The notes under the pieces are model-generated. The model was not told where the DNA came from. It ran no database searches and worked only from the letters and a program-made list of their open reading frames with translations. A stretch of DNA of 42,986 nucleotides from positions 1 to 42,986 of the forward strand of contig JAFGCL010000033.1 in assembly GCA_016932645.1 (NCBI GenBank). The letters are read 5' to 3'. Numbering within the stretch: position 1 is the stretch's first letter; the number at the start of each line of letters is the position of its first letter. Shown piece after piece: positions 7,327 to 16,268 of this stretch. Source of the stretch: Dehalococcoidia bacterium. Lineage in GTDB: Bacteria > Chloroflexota > Dehalococcoidia > UBA2247 > RBG-13-53-26. The translations under genes and the position numbers were made by a program.

Positions 7327-9177
7327 CAATGCCAGGATAACTACGGGGGGTTTTTCGATATCGCTAGCGGGGTATACCCGTCTCAGACCGCCACCGAACT
7401 CGGTTTGGCCACCTAAACTCCGGGCGTACAGCGAGTCCCTTAGCTCAGGAGGGATACTGATTTGATCACCGTAAGCCTTCTCAAGAGCCTCCCAACTTAT
7501 CACCGGTAGGATCTTGATCTCGATGTCTGAGAAGATAAGGTAGTGCGCCCCGTACTTCTGCATGATCTCAACTGCCTCAGCGTCGTCTGTCGCGCAGTAG
7601 ACGCGGGCGACATCCCTGTCGGTGCTTGCCCAATGCACGCCATTATCCACCACAGGTACCCGGTGTCCCAGGTCAAGTATCCAGTATCCGTAGTCCCACC
7701 AGCTCATTACCTTGATATCGCTGTCCTCTGGAGTATTCTCTCGCAACCATGTCAAGGCTTCTTCCCATTCAGGAGTGACGGCCATTATCCTGGAGAACGA
7801 CCCCACGTGCCGGGATGTCAATGCCGAACCAAGGATGGTGCCAGCTATCAGGAGTACCGCAAGCATCGCTCTCAGATACCTGAGAACACTGCGCGAGTCA
7901 GCGATCCCGGCTGCCACCTCTCTCAGCGAGAAGCGGCGAGCACCTCCTAGGTCAAGCATAGCTCCCAACCCGATGCCACACAAAACGCAGAAAGCAGGAG
8001 CGGCAAAGTTGAAAAGCCTTCGGGCGAACAAACCACCGGCAAAAAGTACCACACACCAGCTCAGCCACAAGACGTCCGGTGGCCGCCGTCTTCTGATCGT
8101 GACATATATGCCCACCAGGAGAGGCACCAACAGAAACTGCCACGTGACGATGTCGCTGGGGCCAATCCCCCGCAGCTCCCCGATGTACTGGGCCCCCTCA
8201 GCGGGGTGGAAGGCTTCGAGCCAGGCGTTGTATATCGCTTCGTACCCCGGCTGGAAGATGCCGACCACGGCACTGACAGCCAGAGCTAACACGAGAGGCC
8301 TATAGCTCGACTTTTCGATGGATGGTATCATGCCCTTAGCGCCTTGTTTCACCAGTGCAATCGGCAGGTTCAGAGGGTCGGTCTCGGCGTTGAAGGCGGA
8401 CACCAACCGTGTCCACAAGCTGGCCAATATCTCACCAACCACATAAGCCATTAAGATAGCCAATAGGATCAGAGATCCCAAGAAGCCCCATTCGACATAC
8501 AGCAACGCCTCAAACAACAGCACGGACGCCCCACGTACTACCCAGCCGAGGTCCAGTCCGCTCCTTTTCAGGTGGAGATCCTTCATGAGATAGAAGGCGC
8601 AAACCCCCATGATTACCAGCAGCCAACTGAGGCCATCACGGTCAATATAGCCCGCAGCGCCGAAGAACACGGTCAGAACAGCAGCAGCAAAAGCAAATGC
8701 CGACAGGTGAGCAACGACGCGCCCGTACATCTTCGAAACCACTAGCCAAAGAACAATGATGGTAACCACTGCTATGATCGGCGGGAGTACCTTGGCCACA
8801 AATGCCACGGCATCTTGGGATGCCACTCCGCTCACGAAAGCAATCACCCTGGCCAGTAGACCCACAGGGTATGCCAATCCACTGTGCATCCAGTACGGGA
8901 GAACCACATTAAACTGGGTTGGGTACTGGAACTTGTCACCCGAGGCCACCAAGTCGGCCATAAAATGGAAAAAGTAGGAGTCAGTACTGATGATGTAGTA
9001 GTGGTCCGTCTCCAGAAGATGCAGGCAGCGATAGGCGAAGGCCAGTCCGCATATTAGGGCCAGCAGAACCCAATGAAACCACCGACGGGAAGTGCATGCC
9101 AGGAACGCCGACCAGAAGCCGGATGCGGTCCCGGTGGACCCTTCCGTTCTCTGCCCCTTCTCAGTTTGGTCAGTCAT
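7321..9177 (-). CDS. STT3/AglB/PglB-family oligosaccharyltransferase (GT-C fold, N-glycosylation)
   Basis: 618 aa. It has a polytopic N-terminal membrane domain, then ALTWLRENTPEDSDIKVMSWWDYGYWILDLGHRVPVVDNG, which carries the hallmark WWDYG motif. Confidence 0.8.
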   Translation of the reverse strand: MTDQTEKGQRTEGSTGTASGFWSAFLACTSRRWFHWVLLALICGLAFAYRCLHLLETDHYYIISTDSYFFHFMADLVASGDKFQYPTQFNVVLPYWMHSGLAYPVGLLARVIAFVSGVASQDAVAFVAKVLPPIIAVVTIIVLWLVVSKMYGRVVAHLSAFAFAAAVLTVFFGAAGYIDRDGLSWLLVIMGVCAFYLMKDLHLKRSGLDLGWVVRGASVLLFEALLYVEWGFLGSLILLAILMAYVVGEILASLWTRLVSAFNAETDPLNLPIALVKQGAKGMIPSIEKSSYRPLVLALAVSAVVGIFQPGYEAIYNAWLEAFHPAEGAQYIGELRGIGPSDIVTWQFLLVPLLVGIYVTIRRRRPPDVLWLSWCVVLFAGGLFARRLFNFAAPAFCVLCGIGLGAMLDLGGARRFSLREVAAGIADSRSVLRYLRAMLAVLLIAGTILGSALTSRHVGSFSRIMAVTPEWEEALTWLRENTPEDSDIKVMSWWDYGYWILDLGHRVPVVDNGVHWASTDRDVARVYCATDDAEAVEIMQKYGAHYLIFSDIEIKILPVISWEALEKAYGDQISIPPELRDSLYARSLGGQTEFGGGLRRVYPASDIEKPPVVILALE

Positions 9178-9407
9178 GTTGCAGAGTGAACCCGGTCACC
9201 ACGTCCTGCTGCTCGCGAACCTCGCTCCGCAATCTCAGTTACTGAGAGCATTCTACTGGAGTCAAGCTCGCAAAAAACCTCTGGCACCAAAGCCCGCCCT
9301 GGACTCTGACGTGCCATTGTGGACCCCCCTGATGCAGGTCAAATGAGTTGTGTTTCGCTGGCACGTTATGTTATAGTCTCGACTCAGTTGTGTCAAGGAG
9401 GTCCATC

Positions 9408-9698
9408 ATGACCATGAAACCCGGCTGTGGCTGCTTCCTGCTGCTTCTCGCTATCGCCAACCTTGTGCTTCTGATCTCTTCGATAGCCGCCGCTGTCAAA
9501 GGCAATCTGACGGTGCTCACGGGTATTGCCATGACAGTGCTTTTTGCTGCAAATGTTGCCGCTGCTGGAATGCTCGGGTTGGCTGCAATGCGAGGTGTGT
9601 CGTTCGGTCGGAAGTCTGCGGCGCAGGATGCGGATGAGTCAGCCGTGGATGAGTCGACGTCCGTTACCGAAGAGGGCACAGACGACAGTGCGGACTAG
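9408..9698 (+). CDS. Small membrane protein (2 TM) with an acidic C-terminal tail
   Basis: AAGGAGG lies 6 nt before ATG 9408. Sequence: MTMKPGCGCFLLLLAIANLVLLISS..., two hydrophobic helices, then a D/E/S-rich tail. Confidence 0.55.
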   Translation: MTMKPGCGCFLLLLAIANLVLLISSIAAAVKGNLTVLTGIAMTVLFAANVAAAGMLGLAAMRGVSFGRKSAAQDADESAVDESTSVTEEGTDDSAD

Positions 9699-9876
9699 CC
9701 AGGAGAGTTGGCGGACATGGATGGCACGCAGTCTATGAAAGACTCACGCTGGACTCCACGAAGGCTCCTCGGCAGAACGGCAACGAGCGTGTCGTCTGCC
9801 TGTTCCTTCAGATTCGCACCTCCTGAGATCATTCGCCCCGTCAGTACCAGGTTGATTCCAAATCCCCTTCAACCAC

Positions 9877-9905
9877 TTGACAACGCTCCCAACCTGTGGT
9901 ATTAC
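9877..9905 (+). promoter_or_regulatory. Candidate extended -10 promoter giving a leader of about 220 nt for the first small paralog
   Basis: TTGACA (9877-9882), 17-nt spacer ending in TGg, TATTAC (9900-9905). Confidence 0.4.
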
Positions 9906-10131
9906 TATGACTGCTTCCAAGCAGCAGAGTTGGAACCGAGTAGCAGAGTTTATCGCGCAGTAGATGTGGTGGACACATCTATAGCGATGAAGAGTCTTCG
10001 GTAGGATGAAAGGAGGTGTGGCCTAGGAACGACTGCGAGACAGGTTCAGTCGGTTCAGAGTTCAGTCACAAGTGTACGCGAGTTTTGAACTAAGATAACG
10101 GCGCAAAGTAAGAAAGGGGGGTGACTAACAA

Positions 10132-10389
10132 ATGACACCATTTATCTCGACAATTATTGCCAGAGTACTTGCAATCACTGACTACTTCTTGGCGCAGTGG
10201 GTAGACGTAGCTGCAGTTTCCAACGCTTCACCGAATGGCTGCTGGGAATTCGACGTTCAGAACGCCACCCTTAATGCCTGCGGCCAGGAATTCATCGCAA
10301 ACCTGACCGATGTCGTCGAGGGCGTCATTGCTCTCGTCCCGAGCCTTCTGGGCGGCCTTTTCGCATTCGGCACTCCCGAAGCCGTGTAG
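10132..10389 (+). CDS. Small sequon-rich protein, paralog 1 (unknown family)
   Basis: Strong SD GAAAGGGGGGTGA before the ATG. 85 aa with an N-terminal amphipathic helix ending in AQWV, then NAS, NAT and NLT sequons. A terminator follows. Confidence 0.65.
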   Translation: MTPFISTIIARVLAITDYFLAQWVDVAAVSNASPNGCWEFDVQNATLNACGQEFIANLTDVVEGVIALVPSLLGGLFAFGTPEAV

Positions 10390-10466
10390 TAGTAGTAGTA
10401 ACGGTCCGAGGAGAAGCCCCGTTAGGCAGGTGCCCGATTTCATCCTACTAGGGGACTCAGAATTCT

Positions 10467-10503
10467 AGAAGGGGAGCTTTACGAAGCTCCCCTTCTCATT
10501 TTG
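10467..10503 (+). terminator. Intrinsic terminator after paralog 1
   Basis: GAAGGGGAGCTT-tacg-AAGCTCCCCTTC forms a 12-bp stem, followed by TCATTTT. Confidence 0.85.
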
Positions 10504-11608
10504 GCGGGCCCCGCATTTCCTGGCTTCATGCAGTGAATGTTCACACAACGGCATATCCCCTAGAGGAGAAGCGTTATCCGTCTTACGTTCCGTCATTGCC
10601 TCGATTCTCCGTGTCTTGACCAGCAAGAAGCTACTCGACCACGCGGACCCTGATGGATGAGGGCATCATCCCAACCTCCAGCGTCCATGCCGCTGCTCTG
10701 CGTAAACGGGAGGTCTAAAGTCAAACATCTGTTGCTGGTCGGCAAATGCCATACCGGTATAGTAGACTCGCGGGGGTCGGACCCAAAATAGTGGCAGGGG
10801 TTCCACAACTCCCGCGGCTGCAGAGAAGCAGCGGCATGTCGCACGTCCCGGCTGGAGTTCTCCTCGACAAGCCTCCATTAGAGCAACATGAATAGAATGC
10901 TGCTATGAGTCGCTCCGTCGGTCGGCAGAACCGAGCGCACTTCCGGCTCTGCAGCGCGCCAAACCGGACTATCCCCGAAATCCTCATACAGGGGCGCCTA
11001 TCAGCATGGACCAATGCCATCGGTCACGCACACCTCATCGAGTGGCTCCACATGCTTGCAGGGCAACACACTCCATGACTGACAGTCCAAAGAACCAACG
11101 TTCTCGCGCATATCTTAGAGGCAATGCAGGCAAAGCCCGAGTCACCTGTAGAAGGGACGAGTGGCACTGAGATAATCGACAATATCATAGATCGCTGACA
11201 AATAGGCTTGACTATGAGGGTCAGGCATGTTAGATTGCGAAGTGAATTCAACATCAACCCAGAGAGGTAGAGCCTAAAGAGTCAGATGCAGCACTGTCTT
11301 GGGGAGACCCGTGGAGGTTGCAGAGAACCCACGGATTTGGTCTGTTCGGGTGACCAAAAGTCTCTTCAAGGCCAAGAGGGAGCACAGGCATCCGGCCGGA
11401 TGTCGCCAAGAGCAGAACTGCCGACCCGCGTGCAGAGGAGAGAGCGGGAAGGGCAGTGGAACCATGATTGGACACCACGTCCTTTCTCTGACCGAAGCCT
11501 TAACTGTTTTCTAAGCATTCTGTAATGGAGGCTTAAGGTTGCCTTGGTAGACTGGAGGAGCTTGGTAGAGGGGCCACCGCCGACAGCGGAGAATGCTTGA
11601 GGTAGATG

Positions 11609-11842
11609 ATGGACAACTTTGGGGTCGTTGTCGCACGTATCGTAGCTGAACTGACAATGCTAACTGAGGCCACATTGGCCAAGTGGGTCAACATCACCTC
11701 GGTTGATGGCAACATAACCAACATCACATTGACACCACTTGGTAACTCCTTCGCCGATGCGTGGAGTAAGTTCATCGTATCGTACGCTTGGGCAATGGAT
11801 CAGATGCTGCGCACCCTCTGGGGTACCACCTCTGGAGGATAA
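11609..11842 (+). CDS. Small sequon-rich protein, paralog 2
   Basis: GAGG lies 6 nt before the second ATG. Sequence MDNFGVVVARIVAELTMLTEATLAKWVNITSVDGNITNITL aligns with paralogs 1 and 3 and carries three NIT sequons. Confidence 0.6.
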   Translation: MDNFGVVVARIVAELTMLTEATLAKWVNITSVDGNITNITLTPLGNSFADAWSKFIVSYAWAMDQMLRTLWGTTSGG

Positions 11843-11862
11843 GTCAGGGAAAGGCAGACCCG

Positions 11863-12087
11863 GTGACCATATACGACGCAATAGTCAGCATGATGGCAGA
11901 AGCCTTAGCGTTGGGCAACGCAGTGCTGGCACATTGGGTCAGCATGCCGGAAAACGCCACTGGCCCACTCGATCCCAACATTACTCTCACAGAGACCGGT
12001 ACTGACCTGGTGCAGTACTTGCAGTCGTCGGCTGTACAAGCAGGCGACATCGTTTGTGTGGTATTGGATGCCCTCTTCTCACTGTAG
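11863..12087 (+). CDS. Small sequon-rich protein, paralog 3 (start moved to the GTG that aligns with paralog 2)
   Basis: GGGAAAGG lies upstream of GTG 11863. Sequence VTIYDAIVSMMAEALALGNAVLAHWVSMPENATGPLDPNITLTETG aligns residue-for-residue with paralog 2. Confidence 0.55.
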   Translation: MTIYDAIVSMMAEALALGNAVLAHWVSMPENATGPLDPNITLTETGTDLVQYLQSSAVQAGDIVCVVLDALFSL

Positions 12088-12179
12088 GGCATGCCATAGG
12101 CTTCCCGTGATGGACACGCAAGTTTGATCGCAGAAGGAGGACTGACAGGCTCGACAAACCAAAGTTCTTTGATGCGATC

Positions 12180-12899
12180 ATGAGGACCATGCGAGATCAT
12201 CTGATGGCAAAGCATGAAGAAAAGAGAACCCTTGGATCCAGAAGATGCGTTGCCCTTCTTCTGGTCGTTCTCCTTGTCATCTCCACGACCCTGCTGGTTG
12301 CCCCGACAAGAGCAGTGGCGGAACCTGCCACTATCACCCTCAATGGATGGGGCTGGTGCGTTGCCTACAGGGAGATTGGGAACGTTAGTCTGGTTCTTGA
12401 TGGGAGTACCATACCAAGAGAAAGCACAGACAACGTACAGGATCTGTATCTGACGGGTACACTGACGTTTAACCTCGATGATAGGACCGACGAGTTCGAG
12501 TTGGAGTTGAGAGGAACCAGGATAAGATCTCTTTTCTTCCTGAAGCAGGTGTCAGGTGGGGACATCCCGCTCATAGCCGAGTTCGAAGGAACATGGTTGA
12601 GCGAGACAGACTATGTAGCCTGCGAGGGGCGCATAGCGGTAACCGCCCCTAACCACGTAGCCAAGCCGTACTTCTTTGTACTCCGTACGGAAGATGCCGA
12701 GATGCCTTCACGGTTGACCGGCGACTGGGTGGCAAACGTGGATTTCATGGTTGGGAAGCTGACATCAGCTTTTGACTCCATAGCGGATAGGCTCGCAACC
12801 GGGGGATTGGTGATTAAGGACAACCTGGGCGACTTGCTTACCAACATAGCCGTCATTGTCAGGGAAGTGAGAAACTTGGGAATACCCTATTTTGCCTGA
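12180..12899 (+). CDS. Secreted hypothetical protein
   Basis: 239 aa with signal peptide RRCVALLLVVLLVISTTLLVAPTRAVA-EP. No recognisable domain. The start may instead be ATG 12204. Confidence 0.6.
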   Translation: MRTMRDHLMAKHEEKRTLGSRRCVALLLVVLLVISTTLLVAPTRAVAEPATITLNGWGWCVAYREIGNVSLVLDGSTIPRESTDNVQDLYLTGTLTFNLDDRTDEFELELRGTRIRSLFFLKQVSGGDIPLIAEFEGTWLSETDYVACEGRIAVTAPNHVAKPYFFVLRTEDAEMPSRLTGDWVANVDFMVGKLTSAFDSIADRLATGGLVIKDNLGDLLTNIAVIVREVRNLGIPYFA

Positions 12900-12942
12900 G
12901 ACTGGAACTGAGATTGTATCACACTAGAGGTGACGCAGCGCC

Positions 12943-14097
12943 ATGATGGAAATGATAATCGTCACGATAGCCATTATCGTGCTGCCTATAGCCCTGTTCT
13001 TCGGCATCGTGGGTTTGGCCATCTTCATCTGGTGTTGGAACCGCATTGGCCGCTACTTCATAAACTTCGGCAGATGGCTGGGGAGTTGGCGCAATTTCAT
13101 CCCCTTGTCCATCCTCGGAGTCCTGTCTTTCATATTGATCTTGGTCGTCTTGCCTATTATCGGGCTCTCAAGGACGGTTCTTGCCGTTCTACTTGTTCTG
13201 TTCTTGTTGGCGACCATCGTCATCTTCATGTTTGCCATTGTCGCATGGATCATTAGATTCTGCCAGTGGTTCTGGCCTCCATACAGGAGATTGGTTTGGA
13301 GTGCAATCTCTTCGATGTGGGGATCCTTGCCACAGAGAAGCGGCAAGAGTAGGAGAAGAGCCCCCAAGCCGTCAGCCGGGCCACCGTCTTCGAGGCAGCC
13401 CATAACCGGTACGCAGAAGCCTTCCGAACGCTCCTGGCTGGCTTCATTCTGGGCCTTGATGCTAGGCAAGACTCCAGCGCCCGCGAAGTCAGGTGCAGCA
13501 ACAAAGCCAGGTACCGCCAACATCCAGCCCCCTCCTGGGGAGGCTGCCCCGACCAAGCGCTCATGGTTTGGCTCATTCTGGGCATTGATGATGGGAAAGC
13601 CTCAGCCAACGAGACGCCAGGCTAGACCGACGAGCGTTCAGACAACCGAACAGACTCTCGGCCCATCAGGAACCTTGGCCACAGCCCGCGGACCCGAATC
13701 CGGCGCTTTCGCAGCTCCGCCGACGAAGAAGGTGAAGCCCTCCAGGCACTCATGGTTTGGCTCATTCTGGGCGTTGATGCTGGGAAGCCCCTCGAAGTCC
13801 ACCAAGCCAAAGCCTAGACCTGCAAAGACCCCGACAACCGACCAGACATCCGTCACTCCGGACAACGCAGCAGCAACAGCCAATACCGGAGCCACCACTA
13901 CTGTCGCCGAGACCGCAACCGGTTCCGAATCCGTCAAAGCGGAGCCTGCGAAGCAGGGGACTTTCGGACGGATTTGGACCAGCGTGATTCGCGGAGTGAC
14001 CGTTGCGGCAGGACTGGTTATCCTCGGAGTGCTATGGGTAGGACGCAAGATTGGTGAGGGCATCGAATGGATCCGCATACGGCTCAATCTCGACTAA
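12943..14097 (+). CDS. Polytopic membrane protein with a P/T/A/K-rich linker carrying three SW[FL]xSFWALM[LM]G repeats and a C-terminal TM helix
   Basis: 384 aa with SD AGAGGTGA upstream. It has 3-4 N-terminal TM helices. The repeats lie at about 13429, 13558 and 13747, and the last two DNA copies are nearly identical. Confidence 0.7.
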   Translation: MMEMIIVTIAIIVLPIALFFGIVGLAIFIWCWNRIGRYFINFGRWLGSWRNFIPLSILGVLSFILILVVLPIIGLSRTVLAVLLVLFLLATIVIFMFAIVAWIIRFCQWFWPPYRRLVWSAISSMWGSLPQRSGKSRRRAPKPSAGPPSSRQPITGTQKPSERSWLASFWALMLGKTPAPAKSGAATKPGTANIQPPPGEAAPTKRSWFGSFWALMMGKPQPTRRQARPTSVQTTEQTLGPSGTLATARGPESGAFAAPPTKKVKPSRHSWFGSFWALMLGSPSKSTKPKPRPAKTPTTDQTSVTPDNAAATANTGATTTVAETATGSESVKAEPAKQGTFGRIWTSVIRGVTVAAGLVILGVLWVGRKIGEGIEWIRIRLNLD

Positions 14098-14185
14098 TCG
14101 AGGGATTCGAGAGGAGAATCGATTTCATAGTCAACCGTGACTCGTCAGACGTGATAGGTGCGGACCGCGAGGTGAGAATCGTCAG

Positions 14186-15193
14186 ATGACAGTCAGAGCA
14201 TCATTCAATAGCCGAGTCATGCAACTCGGTGTGAAGGGTACCGGGGTCTCCACAGGGGATGGCATCGGCAGAAGCATCAGCGCGATCTACGAGCCGATAC
14301 AGAGCCAGATGCTCGACTTCGAAATGGAACTAGACAGGGTGATCGAGGATTCCCCGACTGACTTGGCGGACAAACTGGCTCACGCACTGAAAGGAGGTGG
14401 CAAGAGACTCCGCCCGGCTCTAGTTCTCCTCTCAGGGAGTCTGTACCCCGGAAGAGCCGAACCTCTCCTATCGATGGCGCTAGGATACGAACTATTGCAT
14501 ACGGCGACGCTTGTTCACGACGATACCATCGACAATGCCATGACTCGTCGGGGCATGCTCACGGTGAACAGGCTTTGGGGCAACTCGAACGCAGTCCTTC
14601 TGGGTGACTACCTCTGCGGCTGTTCCGCCTATATGACAGCGCGCACTGGCAGCCTCCACGCCATGGAGATATTCTCCCGGGCTCTGTCTGACATCTGTGG
14701 TGGGGCCATCGCTGAGCATGTCGCCGGGCCTAAGAACAGCCGAGAAGAGTACTTCGCGACGATCAAGCGGAAGACCGCCTCGCTGTTTTGCGCTGCCACT
14801 GAGTCTGGTGCAGTACTGAGCAAAGCACCCAAGAGAGCCATCCATGCACTGAGAACCTATGGCTACAATCTCGGCATGGCTTTCCAGACAGTAGACGATA
14901 TTCACGACTTTGCCAGTGACATCTCTCGGGGCAGCGTCACGTTGCCGGCGATACTTGTGCTAGAGCAGTCCCAGAATCGCTGGGTTGCAGAAGTGCTGGA
15001 CAAGGACCCTCCGACAGGCTTGGATCTCCTCATAGAGATGGTGGAGGATTCGTGTGTACTCGACGATTGCTACCGAACAGCGCAAGGCTTCTGCGCTCAA
15101 GCGTGCTCGGCACTCGAAGTACTACCACATTCTTCCATCCGTGACTCGCTGAGAGACCTGGTTGAATACATCGTGGACCGCAACCCAACCTAG
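14186..15193 (+). CDS. Polyprenyl diphosphate synthase (long-chain trans-IPPS, HepT/IspB-like)
   Basis: Carries both Asp-rich motifs, LVHDDTIDN and FQTVDDIHDF, plus GGGKRLRPAL. Confidence 0.85.
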   Translation: MTVRASFNSRVMQLGVKGTGVSTGDGIGRSISAIYEPIQSQMLDFEMELDRVIEDSPTDLADKLAHALKGGGKRLRPALVLLSGSLYPGRAEPLLSMALGYELLHTATLVHDDTIDNAMTRRGMLTVNRLWGNSNAVLLGDYLCGCSAYMTARTGSLHAMEIFSRALSDICGGAIAEHVAGPKNSREEYFATIKRKTASLFCAATESGAVLSKAPKRAIHALRTYGYNLGMAFQTVDDIHDFASDISRGSVTLPAILVLEQSQNRWVAEVLDKDPPTGLDLLIEMVEDSCVLDDCYRTAQGFCAQACSALEVLPHSSIRDSLRDLVEYIVDRNPT

Positions 15194-15477
15194 GTGCAGA
15201 TGAACCACCGGGCCGGGTCCGCCGCCTACGCCCAACTTGTTAATCTGCCCAGTCGATGGATGGGGCGCATTCCTCAGATCAGACACGACAACCTTCCACC
15301 CTCCCTGTGTTCCTGGTACGGTCCGTATGGACATCACCATATCAAGAACACTGGCAGACGGCATTCTCTGAAGGAGTACGGGGAGATCCGCAACCGGTTA
15401 GGTTTGCGGGCAGCCTGTGGAGCCACCAAGAACGCCTAGATCAGCTTTGTGCCTGACTGAAACCACGGACCGCGGAT

Positions 15478-15861
15478 CTATTCACCAGGGCCAGCGAGTA
15501 GACCCACAAGAATTGGATACCAAGGTCCGACACACTCGTAAGAGAAGTGCTGCCCGTTGTAGTTCCAGTCGGGTGGTCCCCCATTGGTCTGGAAGGTTTC
15601 AAAGGAATCGCTTGTGTCCACAGGAGACGGTACGGCAGCGACATCCTCCGTGGTACTCTGCGCCGTACGCGCCAGTGCGACCCATGACGGGCGCGGACAA
15701 GCCGAATAGACAGCCATTCCAACCACAATCAATGCACACACCAGGGCGATCACAACTGGCAAGCGCGCTCTTGGGAAGAGACCCGGCCCTGTCAACCGGG
15801 CCAAATCATGCCCCTCGTACCCGAAGTATTCCAGGTGCCTGATGGCTTCTTCTGCCTTCAC
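15478..15861 (-). CDS. Hypothetical single-pass membrane protein
   Basis: 127-aa ORF with a GTG start and one hydrophobic helix (LPVVIALVCALIVVGMAVY). No recognisable homology. Confidence 0.3.
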   Translation of the reverse strand: MKAEEAIRHLEYFGYEGHDLARLTGPGLFPRARLPVVIALVCALIVVGMAVYSACPRPSWVALARTAQSTTEDVAAVPSPVDTSDSFETFQTNGGPPDWNYNGQHFSYECVGPWYPILVGLLAGPGE

Positions 15862-16268
15862 CGCCCCTCCCTCTCTCCCCCCTTTTATCCCTCATTGGAA
15901 GACCGTGCGGCAAAAAGCCCGACGACTAACCTATAGCCCGTAGAATAGTGCGCGTGTCATGATTTGTCAATAATATCCCCGATTTGTGCCGGCCTCTCGT
16001 GCTCGAGCCAAGCAGACGTGTCATGACTCGCCAATTCCCTCTAAGCCCACTTCTGGTTCTCCCTCCCTGGCGTGCAGTCGCCAATGGAAAAAGAAACGCC
16101 AGTCAGATCAGACCGTTGGGAGTGGAAGGCCGCAGCATGATGAACTGCTAGTCGGAATGCGTACGATGCCGCAAATCCCGCGTGAGCTTTAGCATGCAAC
16201 TGGCCTGTTGCCCGCCTTGGCAGCCTTTGCTAAACTACTTCTTACTGAAGAGAATGTGAGGTGAAGCC

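Noticed and set aside
10132-10389. Similarity of the small paralogs to gas-vesicle protein GvpA (R-I-L...A-W-V)
   Set aside because: The spacing between the Arg and Trp differs among the paralogs and from GvpA. The hydrophobic beta-hairpin core of GvpA is absent, and there are no gvp neighbours.
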